64,000 nucleotides of DNA, from contig CM059432.1 in the NCBI GenBank assembly GCA_030390025.1, positions 67,396,001 through 67,460,000 of the forward strand, in the 5' to 3' direction. Below the pieces are notes generated by a model. The model ran no database searches, had not been told where the DNA came from, and saw nothing but the letters and a program-made list of their open reading frames with translations. Origin of the DNA: Squalus acanthias. Its lineage: Eukaryota. Shown here one piece after another: positions 1 through 10,444 of the stretch (the first letter of the stretch is position 1; each line of letters begins with the position of its first letter). The position numbers were made by a program, and so were the translations under genes.

Positions 1-2714
1 CCTCTAAACCTCCGACCAATTACTTTAAATCTATGCCCCCTGGTTATTGACCCCTCTGCTAAGGGAAACAGGTTCTTCCTATCCACTCTATCTAGGCCCC
101 TCATAATTTTATACACCTCAATTAGGTCTCCCCTCAACCTCCTCTGTTCCAAAGAAAACAACCCCAGCCTATCCAATCTTTCCTCATAGCTAAAATTCCC
201 CAGCCCAGGCAACATCCTCATAAATCTCCTCTGCACCCCCTCTAGTGCAATCACATCCTTCCTGTAATGTGGTGACCAGAACTGCATGCAGTATTCTAGT
301 TGTGGCCTAATTAGTGTTTTATACTGTTCAAGCATAACCTCCCTGCTCTTATATTCTATGCCTCGGCTAATAAAGGCAAGTATCCCGTATGCCTTCTTAA
401 CCACCTTATCTACCTGTCCTGCTACCTTCAGGGATCTATGGACATGCACTCCAAGGTCCCTCTGATCTTCTGCACTTCTCAGTGTCTTACCATTTAATGT
501 GTATTCCCTTGCCTTGTTAGTCCTCCCCAAATGCATTACCTCACACTTCTCCAGATTGAATTCCATTTGCCACTGTTCTGCCCACCTGACCAGTACATTG
601 ATATCTTCCCGCAGTCTGCAGCTTTCTTCTTCATTATCAACCGCACGGCCAATTTTTGTATCATCTGGAAACTTCTTAATCATACTTCCTACATTCAAGT
701 CCAAATCATTGATATATACCACAAAAAGCAAAAGACCCAGTACTGAGCCCTGCGGAACCCCACTGGAAATAGCCTTCCAGTCACAAAAACACCCTTCGAC
801 CATTACCCTTTGCTTCCTGCCTCTGAGCCAATTTTAGATCCAACTTGCCACTTTGCCTTGGATCCCATGGGCTTTTACTTTTGTGACCAGTCTGCGGGAC
901 CTTATCAAAAGCCTTGCTAAAATCCATATAGACTACATCAAATGCACTATCCTCATCGACCCTCCTTGTTACCTCCTCAAAAAATTCAATCAAGTTAGTC
1001 AGACATGACCTTCTCTTAACAAATCCATGCTGACTGTCCCTGATTAATCCGTGTCTTTCTAAATGAAAATTTATCCTGTCCCTCAGAATTTTTTCCAATA
1101 ATTTTCCCACCACTGAGGTTAGGCTGACTGGCCTGTAATTACTTGGTCTATCCCTTTCTCCCTTTTTAAACAACGGTACCATGTTAGCAGTCCTCCAGTC
1201 CTTTGGCACCACACCTGTAGCCAGAGAGGATTGGAAAATGATGGTCAGAGCCTCTGCTATTTTCTCTCTTACTTCTCTTAACAGTCTGGGATACATTTCA
1301 TCCGGACCTGGGGATTTATCCACTTTCAAAGATGCTAAATCCCTTAATACTTCCTCTTTCACTATGTTTATTTCATCTAATATTTCACACTCCTCCTGCC
1401 TGATTGCAATGTCTGCATCGTCCCTCTCTTTTGTGAAAACAGACGCAAAGTATTCATTAAGAACCATACCCATGTCTTCCGCTTCCACACACAGGTTACC
1501 TTTATGGTCCCTAATAGGCCTTACTCTTACTTTAGTTATCCTTTTTCTCTTAATGTATTTATAAAACATCTTTGTGTTTTCCTTGATTTTCCTTGCCAAT
1601 ATTTTTACATGCCCTCTCTTTGCTTTCCTAATTTCCTTTTTAATTTCCCCATCACTTTCTATACTCCTCTCGGCTTTCTGCAGTATTGAGTCCTCGGTAT
1701 CTGTCATAAGCTTCCCTTTTTTTCTTTATCCTACCCTGTATGCCCCTTGACATCCAGGGAGCTCTAGATTTGTTAATCCACCCTTTTTCTTTAAGGGAAC
1801 ATACTTGCTCTGAACCCTCACTATCCCCTCCTTGAATGCCTCCCACTGCTCTGACATTGATTTACCTTCAAGTTTCTGTCTCCAGTCCACTTTGGCTAAA
1901 TCACCTCTCCGCTTAGTAAAATTAGATTTCCCCCAATTGAGAACTTTAATTCCTGGTCTATCCTTGTCCTTTTCCATAACTACCCTACATCTAACTGAAT
2001 TAAGATCACTACCACCAATATGCTCCCCCACTGATACCCTTTCCACCTGCCCAGCTTCATTCCCTAAAACTAGGTCCAGCACCGCCCCCTCTCTTGTTGA
2101 GCTTGCTACGTACTGGCTAAAAAGTTTCTCCTGAATGCATTTTAAGAATTCTGCTCCCTCTATGGATTTCACACTAATTTTATCCCAGTTAATATTAGGG
2201 GTGTTGAAATCCCCTACTATTACTGCCCTATTTTTTCACGTCTCAGGAATTTGCCTACATATTTGCTCTTCTATCTCCCTCTGACTGTAATTGCCCCTTT
2301 TTTGTTTTTCAGTTCAACCCATATGGCCTCATTTGATGATCCTTCTAAGATATCCTCCCTCCTCACAGCTGTAATTGATTCTTTAATCAATATTGCGACC
2401 CCCCCTCCTTTTTTACCCCCCTCTCTAGCTCATCTGAAAACCCTGTAACCAGGAATGTTGAGCTGCCATTCCTGCCCTTTTTTTAGCCATGTCTCAGTCA
2501 TAGCTATAATATCATACTCCAACGTGTCAATCTGTGCCCTCAGCTCATCTGCTTTATTCCCTGGACTCCTTGCGTTGAAGTATATACTGTTTAGCACTGA
2601 CAAACTCCCTTGTTGTCTATTTTCTTGATGTGGAGATGCCGACGTTGGACTGGGGTGGACAAAAATGAGAAGTCGCACAACACCAGGTTATAGTCCAACA
2701 GATTTATTTAAAAT

Positions 2715-2750
2715 TACAAGCTTTCGGAGCTGTCGCCCCTTCCTCAGGTA
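2715..2750 (-). ncRNA. Minimal hammerhead ribozyme motif, mirror copy in the left arm
   Basis: Exact reverse complement of 3676-3711. Confidence 0.85.
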
Positions 2751-3186
2751 GAGTAGCTGTGAGAGAATCTCCCAGAATTCACAATATAAACACAGAAAAA
2801 ATGTATTCAAATCTTTCCCTACATCAAAGACACACTAAGAGCACAGCCAAGACAATGAGATGTGTCCCAGGGGGTCCAACGTGTCAAAACACCTGCTGGC
2901 TGCATATCCTCTGCAGTTGAGTTTGGTTCTTGTGTTAGTTTTTTTTTAAAAAAAAGCTGGAAAGACCGGCCATGATGTCAAGTCACGTTCTGTATCGTGA
3001 CATGAACCCGATATCGCGATTGAGGCCATCCTCATGAGTGCGGAACTTGGCTATCAGTTTCTGCTCTATGATTTTGCGCTGTTGTATATCCCGAAGGCCG
3101 CCTTGGAGAACGCTTACCCGCAGATCCGAGGCTGAATGCCCCTGACTGCTGAAGTGTTCCCCGACTGGGAGGCAACCCTCCTGCCT

Positions 3187-3447
3187 GGCGAGACCATGCA
3201 GACACTGAGACAACGTATGAACGGACACCGCACAACAATCGCCAGGCAGGAGGGTTGCCTCCCAGTCGGGGAACACTTCAGCAGTCAGGGGCATTCAGCC
3301 TCGGATCTGCGGGTAAGCGTTCTCCAAGGCGGCCTTCGGGATACACGACAGCGCAAAATCATAGAGCAGAAACTGATAGCCAAGTTCCGCACTCATGAGG
3401 ATGGCCTCAATCGCGATATCGGGTTCATGTCACGATACAGAACGTGA
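3187..3447 (+). pseudogene. C-terminal fragment of a Penelope-type GIY-YIG endonuclease
   Basis: GETMQTLRQRMNGHR...PVGEHF...H...RKIIEQKLIAKFRTHEDGLNRD fits the (YI)GET-R-H...E...GLN pattern of PLE GIY-YIG domains; mirrored on the minus strand at 2983-3191. Confidence 0.88.
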
Positions 3448-3675
3448 CTTGACATCATGGCCGGTCTTTCCAGCTTTTTAAAAAAAACTAACACAAGAAC
3501 CAAACTCAACTGCAGAGGATATGCAGCCAGCAGGTGTTTTGACACGTTGGACCCCCTGGGACACATCTCATTGTCTTGGCTGTGCTCTTAGTGTGTCTTT
3601 GATGTAGGAAAAGATTTGAATACATTTTTTCTGTGTTTATATTGTGAATTCTGGGAGATTCTCTCATAGCTACTC

Positions 3676-3711
3676 TACCTGAGGAAGGGGCGACAGCTCC
3701 GAAAGCTTGTA
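3676..3711 (+). ncRNA. Minimal type I hammerhead ribozyme motif (Penelope-associated)
   Basis: TAC-CTGAGGA-A-GGGGC-GACA-GCTCC-GAA-AGCT-T-GTA: CUGANGA and GAAA core, 5-bp stem II, self-complementary AGCT in place of stem III, stem I TAC/GTA. Confidence 0.85.
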
Positions 3712-4089
3712 ATTTTAAATAAATCTGTTGGACTATAACCTGGTGTTGTGCGACTTCTCATTTTTGTCTATTTTCTTGCCTTTGTTTCCTCTGCCTACCA
3801 AACTCGCTTACTAATTTTATGCCTTCTATTTCCAGCTTTGCTTCTCTCCCTTCTGAATCCACTCTCAGGTTCCCATCCCCCTGCCAAGCTAGCTTATACC
3901 CTCCCAACAGCACTAGCAAACCCCGCCGCGAGGATATTGTTTCTGGTCCTGTTGAGGGGGAGCTGTGAAAGGGATGCTTGGTTGTTTACAGGACTGCTTT
4001 TTGTTAGTGGAATTGGTTGGGGCGGGGTGGGGGGATGGTGGGGGTGGACAAAAATGGCTTTTGCATGTGTTAGTTAGATGGGTGCACTG

Positions 4090-7000
4090 GTTGAACCTAA
4101 GGGAACCTTGCAATAACTGAGACCTAGCTCAAATAAGGGCAGGATTGGATATTAAATATTCCTGATTATAAAGTGTTCAGGAAAGATAGGGAAGGAAAGA
4201 TAGGAGGTGGTGTGGCAGTATTGGTCAAGTAGAATGGAGAGAGAGGATGTCCTGGAAGGGTCAAGGACAGAATCTATATGGCTAGAGTTAAGAAATAATA
4301 GAGGTGCCATTACACTACTAGATGTATTCTATAGATCACCAAATAGTGGGAAAGATATGGAGGAGCAAATTTGCAGAGAAATTACAGAGAGGTACAAGAA
4401 CTATAGAGTAGTAATAATGGGGGACTTCAACTATCCTAATATAGACTGGGATCATAATAGTGTTAAGCTCAGAGACGGGGAAGAATTTCTGAAGTGTGTT
4501 CAGGAGAACTTTCCTGATCAGGATGTTTCCAGCCCGATGAGAGAGGAGGCATTGCTGGATCTGGTTCTGGGGAATGAGGTAGGTCAAGTGGAGCAAGTGT
4601 CAGTAGGTGAACATTTAGGGAACAGTGATCATAGTATCATAAGGTTTAGATTAGCGATGGAAAAGGACAGGGAGCAATCTATAGTAAAAATGTTTAACTG
4701 GCGGAAGGCCAATTTCAGTGGGATGAGAACGTATCTGGCCCGGGTAAATTGGAATCAAAGATTGGCAGGCAAAACTGTAATCGAACAATGATTCGAACCT
4801 TTAAAGAGGAAATAGTTCAGGTACAGTTGAGGTACATTCCCACTAGGGGGAAAAGCAGGGCAACTAAAGTCAGGGCTCCCTGGATGATGAAAGAGATAGA
4901 GAATATGATGAAGCCAAAAAAGAGCGCATATGACAGATGTCAGGTTGCAAATACATTTGAAAATCAGGCTAAATATAGAAAGGTCAGAGGAGGAGTGAAA
5001 AAGAAAATAAGAGGGGCAAAGATAGGGTATGAGAATAGAATGGCAGCCAACATAAAAGGTAATCCAAAAGTCTTCTATAGGCATATAAATAGTAAACGGG
5101 TAGTAAGCGGAGGGGTGGGGCCGATTAGGGACCAAAAAGGAGACCGATGCATGGAGGCAGAGGGTATGGCTGAGGTACTAAATGAGTACTTTGCATCTGT
5201 CTTCACCAAGGAAGAGGATGCTGCCATAGACATAGGGGGCGATTTTGCCAGCCCTGGGGAGATGTGTAAGGAGGCGGAACTGCCGGGAAAAATGGTAGAA
5301 TCTGGGGGCGGGTACTCATCCCGCCCCCAACCCGCCTCCGTGCCATCTTCCCAGGAGGCGGCTACCCCACCCGCGCTGGGAGCCGCCTCCCTGAGGCGGG
5401 AAGGGGATTAGTGCCAATTAACTGCCTGTTAACAGGTAGTTAACAGGCAGTTTTTTTGGATAATCCCTATTTTCAGCCCTGAAGTGTGGGCTTCCCGACG
5501 GCTCCGAACCACGCCAGGGTCAGCGAGGCGGGCTGTCGGTCTGCGGGGGTCGGAGGGGCCGAGATGTCCGGTGTGCAGGTGAGTGATGAGTGCAAGTGTG
5601 GAGAGGTAGGTGTGTGAGGTGAGTCTTAAGTGTTTTAATAAGTTTTACTTACCTTTACTTCTTCTTGCAGGTTTCAACCCTTCAGGTCTCGGAATCCCTC
5701 ATCTCACCGGCACAGAAAGCAGAAATGCCGCTGAATTGTCAAAAGCTGCAGCCTTCTGCTTTCTGCCCAGGAACGCTCTCTAACTGAGCCTGAGTGGAAG
5801 GGCTCAACTTAGAGGACAGATTGCCAGTGTTTGACAGCTTCACAGAGCTGTCAAACGCTGACATTTCATCTGTCAAAAGCTCTTGACAGATGAAACGTCA
5901 CTTGCTGACGTCACTTGTAACCGGCTTCCCCTTAATTGGCCTGCTAAGCCCGCTGGGCGGGTTTAACAAGGTCAATCAAGGGAAAATAGCATGGGTTGGC
6001 CACAAGTCGATGGAGGCGGGACTAAAACCCGACAAGTAGGAGTCCCGCCTCCAACACGCCCCCATTGGCAAAACCACCCCCATAGTGAAGGAGGAGGTAG
6101 TGGAGATACTTGATAGGATAAAAATTGATAAAGAGGAGGTATTCGAAAGGCTGGCTGTACTTAAAGTAGATAAATCACCAGGAGCGGATGGGATGCATCC
6201 TAGGATTCTGAGGGAATTGAGGGAGGAAATCACGGAAGTAATGGCCATAATATTCCAATCCTCCTCAGATATGAGGGTGGTGCCAGAATTGCAAATGTTA
6301 CACCATTGTTCAAAAAAGGGTGTAAAGATAAACCCAGCAATTACAGGCCAGTCAGTTTGACCTTGGTAGGGGGGAAGCTTTTAGACACAGTAATCAGGGA
6401 CAAAATTAACAGTCACTTGGATAAGTGTGGATTAATTAAGGATAGCCAACATGGATTTGTTAAAGGCAAATTGTGTTTAACTAACTTGATTGAGTTATTT
6501 GATGAGGTAGCGGAGAGGGTTGATGAGGGTAATGTAGTTGATGTGCTGTACATGGATTTCCAAAAGTCATTCGACAAAGTGCCACATAATAGGCTTGTCA
6601 GCAAAGTTGAAGCCCATGGAATAAAAGGGACAGTGACAGCATGGATACGGAATTGGCTAAGTGATAGGAAACAGAGAGTAATGGTGAACGGTTGTTTTTC
6701 GGACTGGAGGAAGGTATACAGTGGTGTTCCCCAGGGGTCGGTTCTAGGACCACTGCTTTGCTTGATATAAATTAATGACTTGGATGTGGGTGTACAGGGC
6801 ACAATTTCAAAATTCGCAGATGATACAAAACTTGGAAGTATAGTTACCAGTGATGAGGAGAGTGATAGACAGCAAGAAGACGTAGAAAAGCTGGTGAAAT
6901 GGGCGGACACGTGACAGATGAAATTTAACGCAGAAAAGTGTGAAGTGATACATTTTGGTAGAAAGAATGAGGAGAGGACATATAAACTAAATGGTACAAT

Positions 7001-7727
7001 CCTGAAGGGGGTGCACGAACAGAGAGACCTGGGGGGTATTTGTGCACAAATCATTGAAGGTGGCAGGGCAGGTTGAGAAAGCAGCTAAAAAGGCTTACGG
7101 GATCCTGGGCTTCATAAATAGATGTATAGAGTACAAAAGTGTGGAAATTATGATGAACCTGTATAAAACACTGGTTCAGTCCCAACTGGAGTACTGTGTC
7201 CAATTCTGGGCACCACACTTTAGGCCTTAGAGAGGGTGCAGAAAAGATTTACGAGAATGATTCCAGGGATGAGGGACTTCAGTTACATTGATAGACTGGA
7301 GAAGCTGGGGTTGTTCTCCTTGGAGCAGAGAAGATTGAGAGGAGATTTGATAGAGGAGTTCAAAATCATGAGAGGTCTGGACAGAGTAGATAGAGGGAAA
7401 CTGTTCCCATTGGCAGAAGGGTCAAGAACCATAGGACACAGATTTAAGGTGATTGGCAAAAGAACCAAACGCAACGTAAGAAAAAACTTTTTTACACAGC
7501 GAGTGGTTAAGATCTGGAATGCACTGCCTGAAAGGGTGGTGGAGGCAGATTCAATCATGGCTTTCAAAAGGGAGTTGGATAAGTATCTGAAGGAAATAAA
7601 TTTGCAGGGCGACAGGGAAAGGGCAGGGGAATGGGACTAGCTGAAGTGCTCTTGCAGAGAGCCGGCACGGGCTCGACAGGCCGAATGGCTTCCTTCTGTG
7701 TTGTAACCATTCTATGATTCTATGATT
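4090..7727 (+). mobile_element. CR1-clade LINE, ORF2 nearly complete but frameshifted, with 3' tail
   Basis: [34 protein letters not shown] and LEYCVQFW motifs in successive ORFs; ends in a 3' hairpin and (ATTCTATG)n repeat at ~7709-7727. Confidence 0.93.
5235..6081. mobile_element. PIF/Harbinger-type MITE nested in CR1
   Basis: TIRs GGGGGCGATTTTGCCA / TGGCAAAACCACCCCC (2 mismatches); 3-bp TSD ATA; CR1 coding sequence resumes on both sides. Confidence 0.85.
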
Positions 7728-7738
7728 TTATAATGAAA

Positions 7739-8186
7739 GAAAGACTTGCATTTATACAGCGCCTTTCATGACCACCAGACGTCCCAAAGCGTTTTACACC
7801 CAATGAACTACTTTTTGAAGTGTAGTCACTGTTGTAATGTAGGAAACGCGGCTACCAATTTGCGCACAGCAAGCTCCCACAAACAGCAATGTGATAATGA
7901 CAGATGTTTTTTTTTCAGTGATGTTGTTTGAGGGATAAATATTGGCCAGGACACCGGGGATAACTCCCCTGCTCCTCTTCTAAATAGTGCCATGGGATCT
8001 TTTATGTTCACCTGAGAGAGCAGACGGGACCGCGGTTTCACGTCGCATCCGAAAGATGGCACCTCCCTCAGTACTGCACCGAAGTGTCAGCCTAGATCTT
8101 TGTGCTCAAGTCTCTGGAGTGGGACTTGAACCATCAACCTTCTGACTCAGAGGCGAGGGTGCTACCAACTGAGCCACAGCTGACAC
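7739..8186 (-). mobile_element. tRNA-derived Deu-domain SINE (SacSINE1-like), full length
   Basis: Minus strand: A box TGGCTCAGTTGG, B box GGTTCAAGTCC, Deu-like core (CTCTCAGGTGAACATAAAAGATCCCATGGCAC...CCCCGGTGTCCTGGCCAA); four copies in the window. Confidence 0.85.
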
Positions 8187-8189
8187 TAT

Positions 8190-9985
8190 GAGGACAAACT
8201 ATGAACGCCACTGGTGGCGCATTGCCAGCATCACCTTCCGCCTCCTCTTCCTCCTCCCCCTCGGAATCGTCCGAAGAGGCTCTGTGATCTGCGCCTTGTT
8301 CCTCCTGCAGGTCCAAATCTTGCTGCTGCGCAATGTTGTTCAGAGCGCAGTACACCATGACCATTCTGGACACCCTGGCTGGTGCACACTGAAGGGCAAC
8401 TCCAGATCTGTCCAGGCCCTGAAGGATATCTTCAGCATGCTGATGGCTTGTTCGATGACACATCTGGTGGTGACATGGTATTCATTGTAATGCTTCTGGG
8501 CCTCATTCTCCGGGTTTCTGAGAGGTATCATTAGCCACATTTTAAGTGGGTATCCCTTGTCTCCGAGCAGCCAGCTGGTAACTCTGCTTCGAGGTGCGAA
8601 GAGATCAGGGAGAGTGGACTGCCGCAGGACAAAAGCATCATGGCAGCTGCCCAGGAATCTTGCGCATACCTGCATAAAGATCTTTTTGTGGTTGCACACC
8701 AGCTGCACATTGATGGAGTGGAAGCCCTTGCAGTTGATGAATACTCATAGGTGATCTGGGGGTGCCTTAATTGCCATGTGTGTGCAGTCGATAATGCCCT
8801 GCACCTGTGGGAAGGCAGCCAGAGACGCAAACCTGAGTGTTCGCTTATTCTGACTGGCATCATCGCAGGAAAAGTGTACATAATTGCCGGCCCTGGCAAA
8901 CAAGCCATCAAGCACCTCTCTTATACATTGTGGGCTGCTGACTGGGAGATCCTGGATATGTCTCCGGCAGATCCCTGGAAGGATCCAGAGCAATGGTCCC
9001 TTTAAGCTGTGCAGCTGTGCAGCTCTCTGCTGGTCCCACACAGCCCGGGACTGGCTTTTTAAGTGTTAAATTTTGCGCATGCATGAAACTGCGAATGGGC
9101 CACGCACCAAAAAAAAATTAGGGGGAACATTGATCTAGAGGCAAACAAGTTGAGGGCAGTGGTGACTTTGACAACCACTGGTAAAGCATGGCCACCAGGT
9201 CCAGTTGGCAGCAGGTCTTGTTCCAGCATACTGCAAATGTCTGTCACCACCTGACCCGACACCCTGAGCCTCCTGAGACACTGGTGTTCTGACATGTCGA
9301 GGAAGCTTATCCTCTGCCTGTAGACCCTGTGTGCCGGGTATGGCCTCCTGTGAGCTGCACCTCTCTGCTGATCTCCTTTCCCCTGTGGAACTGCAGGTAT
9401 GCGAGCAGCAGGCTATTGCTGGTGCAGCTGCTGCTTAGCTGGTGCTGCTGCTGCTGTTGTTCATCTTCGTCCTCATCTGAGGTCCAATCTAACACAGTGT
9501 AAGCGGCACTCATGCTGATCTGATAGACCAGAGCTCCAAAGTGCAGATCAGATCTCCAAAACTCCAAAGCGTAGATGAAACCTCTAACGTGTAGATGACA
9601 ACTCCAAAGTTAGTAAAGTAACCTCCAAAGTGTGTAAGGTAACCTCTCAGGACAAGTACAAACCCTTTCACACAAACAAGTAAGAAAGCAGCTGTGAGTA
9701 CTGAATACTTATTGGCAGTTTTCCCTGACATGGCTTCAGCCCCCTCGTCTTGCTTTCACTGGCGAGTTCCAGAAAGCCCGGGAAATCCATGGACACAAAG
9801 TTAAAGTAGAAATCCCATGTCAATATCGCTCTAATTGAGCAATTAACATATTGAAATTGACCACCAGCCTCTCCCAAGGGTGTTGCACGCACACAGCTGG
9901 CTTCCCGATGCGCTCGCATTTTTCCCCGATTTCACCCTCCACCCGCACCTAACCCCACGCGCTGTTCCAGCTTAAAATTCCCCCC
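8190..9985 (-). mobile_element. Harbinger DNA transposon relic with HARBI1-like DDE transposase pseudogene
   Basis: Minus ORFs: [55 protein letters not shown]-like TTAAAATTCCCCC near 9972-9985. Confidence 0.9.
8991..9132. mobile_element. Small hAT-type MITE nested in the Harbinger transposase
   Basis: Imperfect TIRs CAATGGTCCCTTTAA / TTAGGGGGAACATTG; 8-bp TSD ATCCAGAG (8983-8990) / ATCTAGAG (9133-9140). Confidence 0.75.
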
Positions 9986-10444
9986 AGAAATTCAGAAATA
10001 TTGGGAGAGACAGGAGTTCAGAGAGAGAGAGCACAATTTCAGAGAGAGAGAGAGTAGTTGAGATAAAGTAATAGAAAGAACCACAGTTCCACACAGGGAT
10101 AGCGAGGAAAAAAACCCTACATACATACATACAAAAATACATACAAAAATAGAGGGAAAAGTACCATAGAGAGAGAACCATAAACACGCACAAGAACAGA
10201 GAAATGTTTTGGTCATTTATGGCAATGGATATGCCTGCTGTGAGAGTGAACTGCCCATGTGGAAAGCTTAAATGAATGAAAACAAAATTATTTTGCTGCA
10301 GAGCATCAGGATTTTCCTCCAATAAAATCAGGTTCTCTTCCGTCTGACAGTTGTATCCTGTCTCACTTCATTTCTCCTTAGTTTTGAGCTGAAATATCAC
10401 CAAGCAAGTTTTATAAAGGTTCAGTCAATATTTTTTTTTAATTT

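Larger units (their letters stand above)
2628..3763. mobile_element. Penelope-like retroelement, 5'-truncated and inverted (fold-back palindrome)
   Basis: Arms 2658-3191 and 3239-3768 are near-perfect reverse complements; direct repeat TTGTCTATTTTCTTG at 2613-2627 and 3764-3778; contains a GIY-YIG C-terminal coding segment and hammerhead motifs. Confidence 0.92.
1..3958 (-). mobile_element. CR1-clade LINE, degenerate (end of ORF1 plus ORF2 endonuclease/RT), runs off the left edge; interrupted by a Penelope-like insertion
   Basis: Minus-strand ORF pieces carry CR1 ORF2 motifs (YFNARS, IIAMTETWL, KSPGPD, NYRPVSLTSVVGK, QHGF, DFSKAFDKVP); 3890-3958 reads as the ORF1 esterase C-terminus (NILAAGFASAVG). 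Confidence 0.93.

Noticed and set aside
2983..3447. Twin 103-aa ORFs on opposite strands as a gene pair
   Set aside because: Products of the palindrome; the shared N-terminus is antisense GIY-YIG sequence.
6413..7054. Long antisense ORFs over CR1 RT regions (also 499-837, 35426-35953, 37199-37603)
   Set aside because: Shadow frames of CR1 ORF2; no independent coding evidence.
8110..8186. tRNA gene
   Set aside because: A/B boxes belong to a SINE head that continues into SINE body and is repeated elsewhere in the window.
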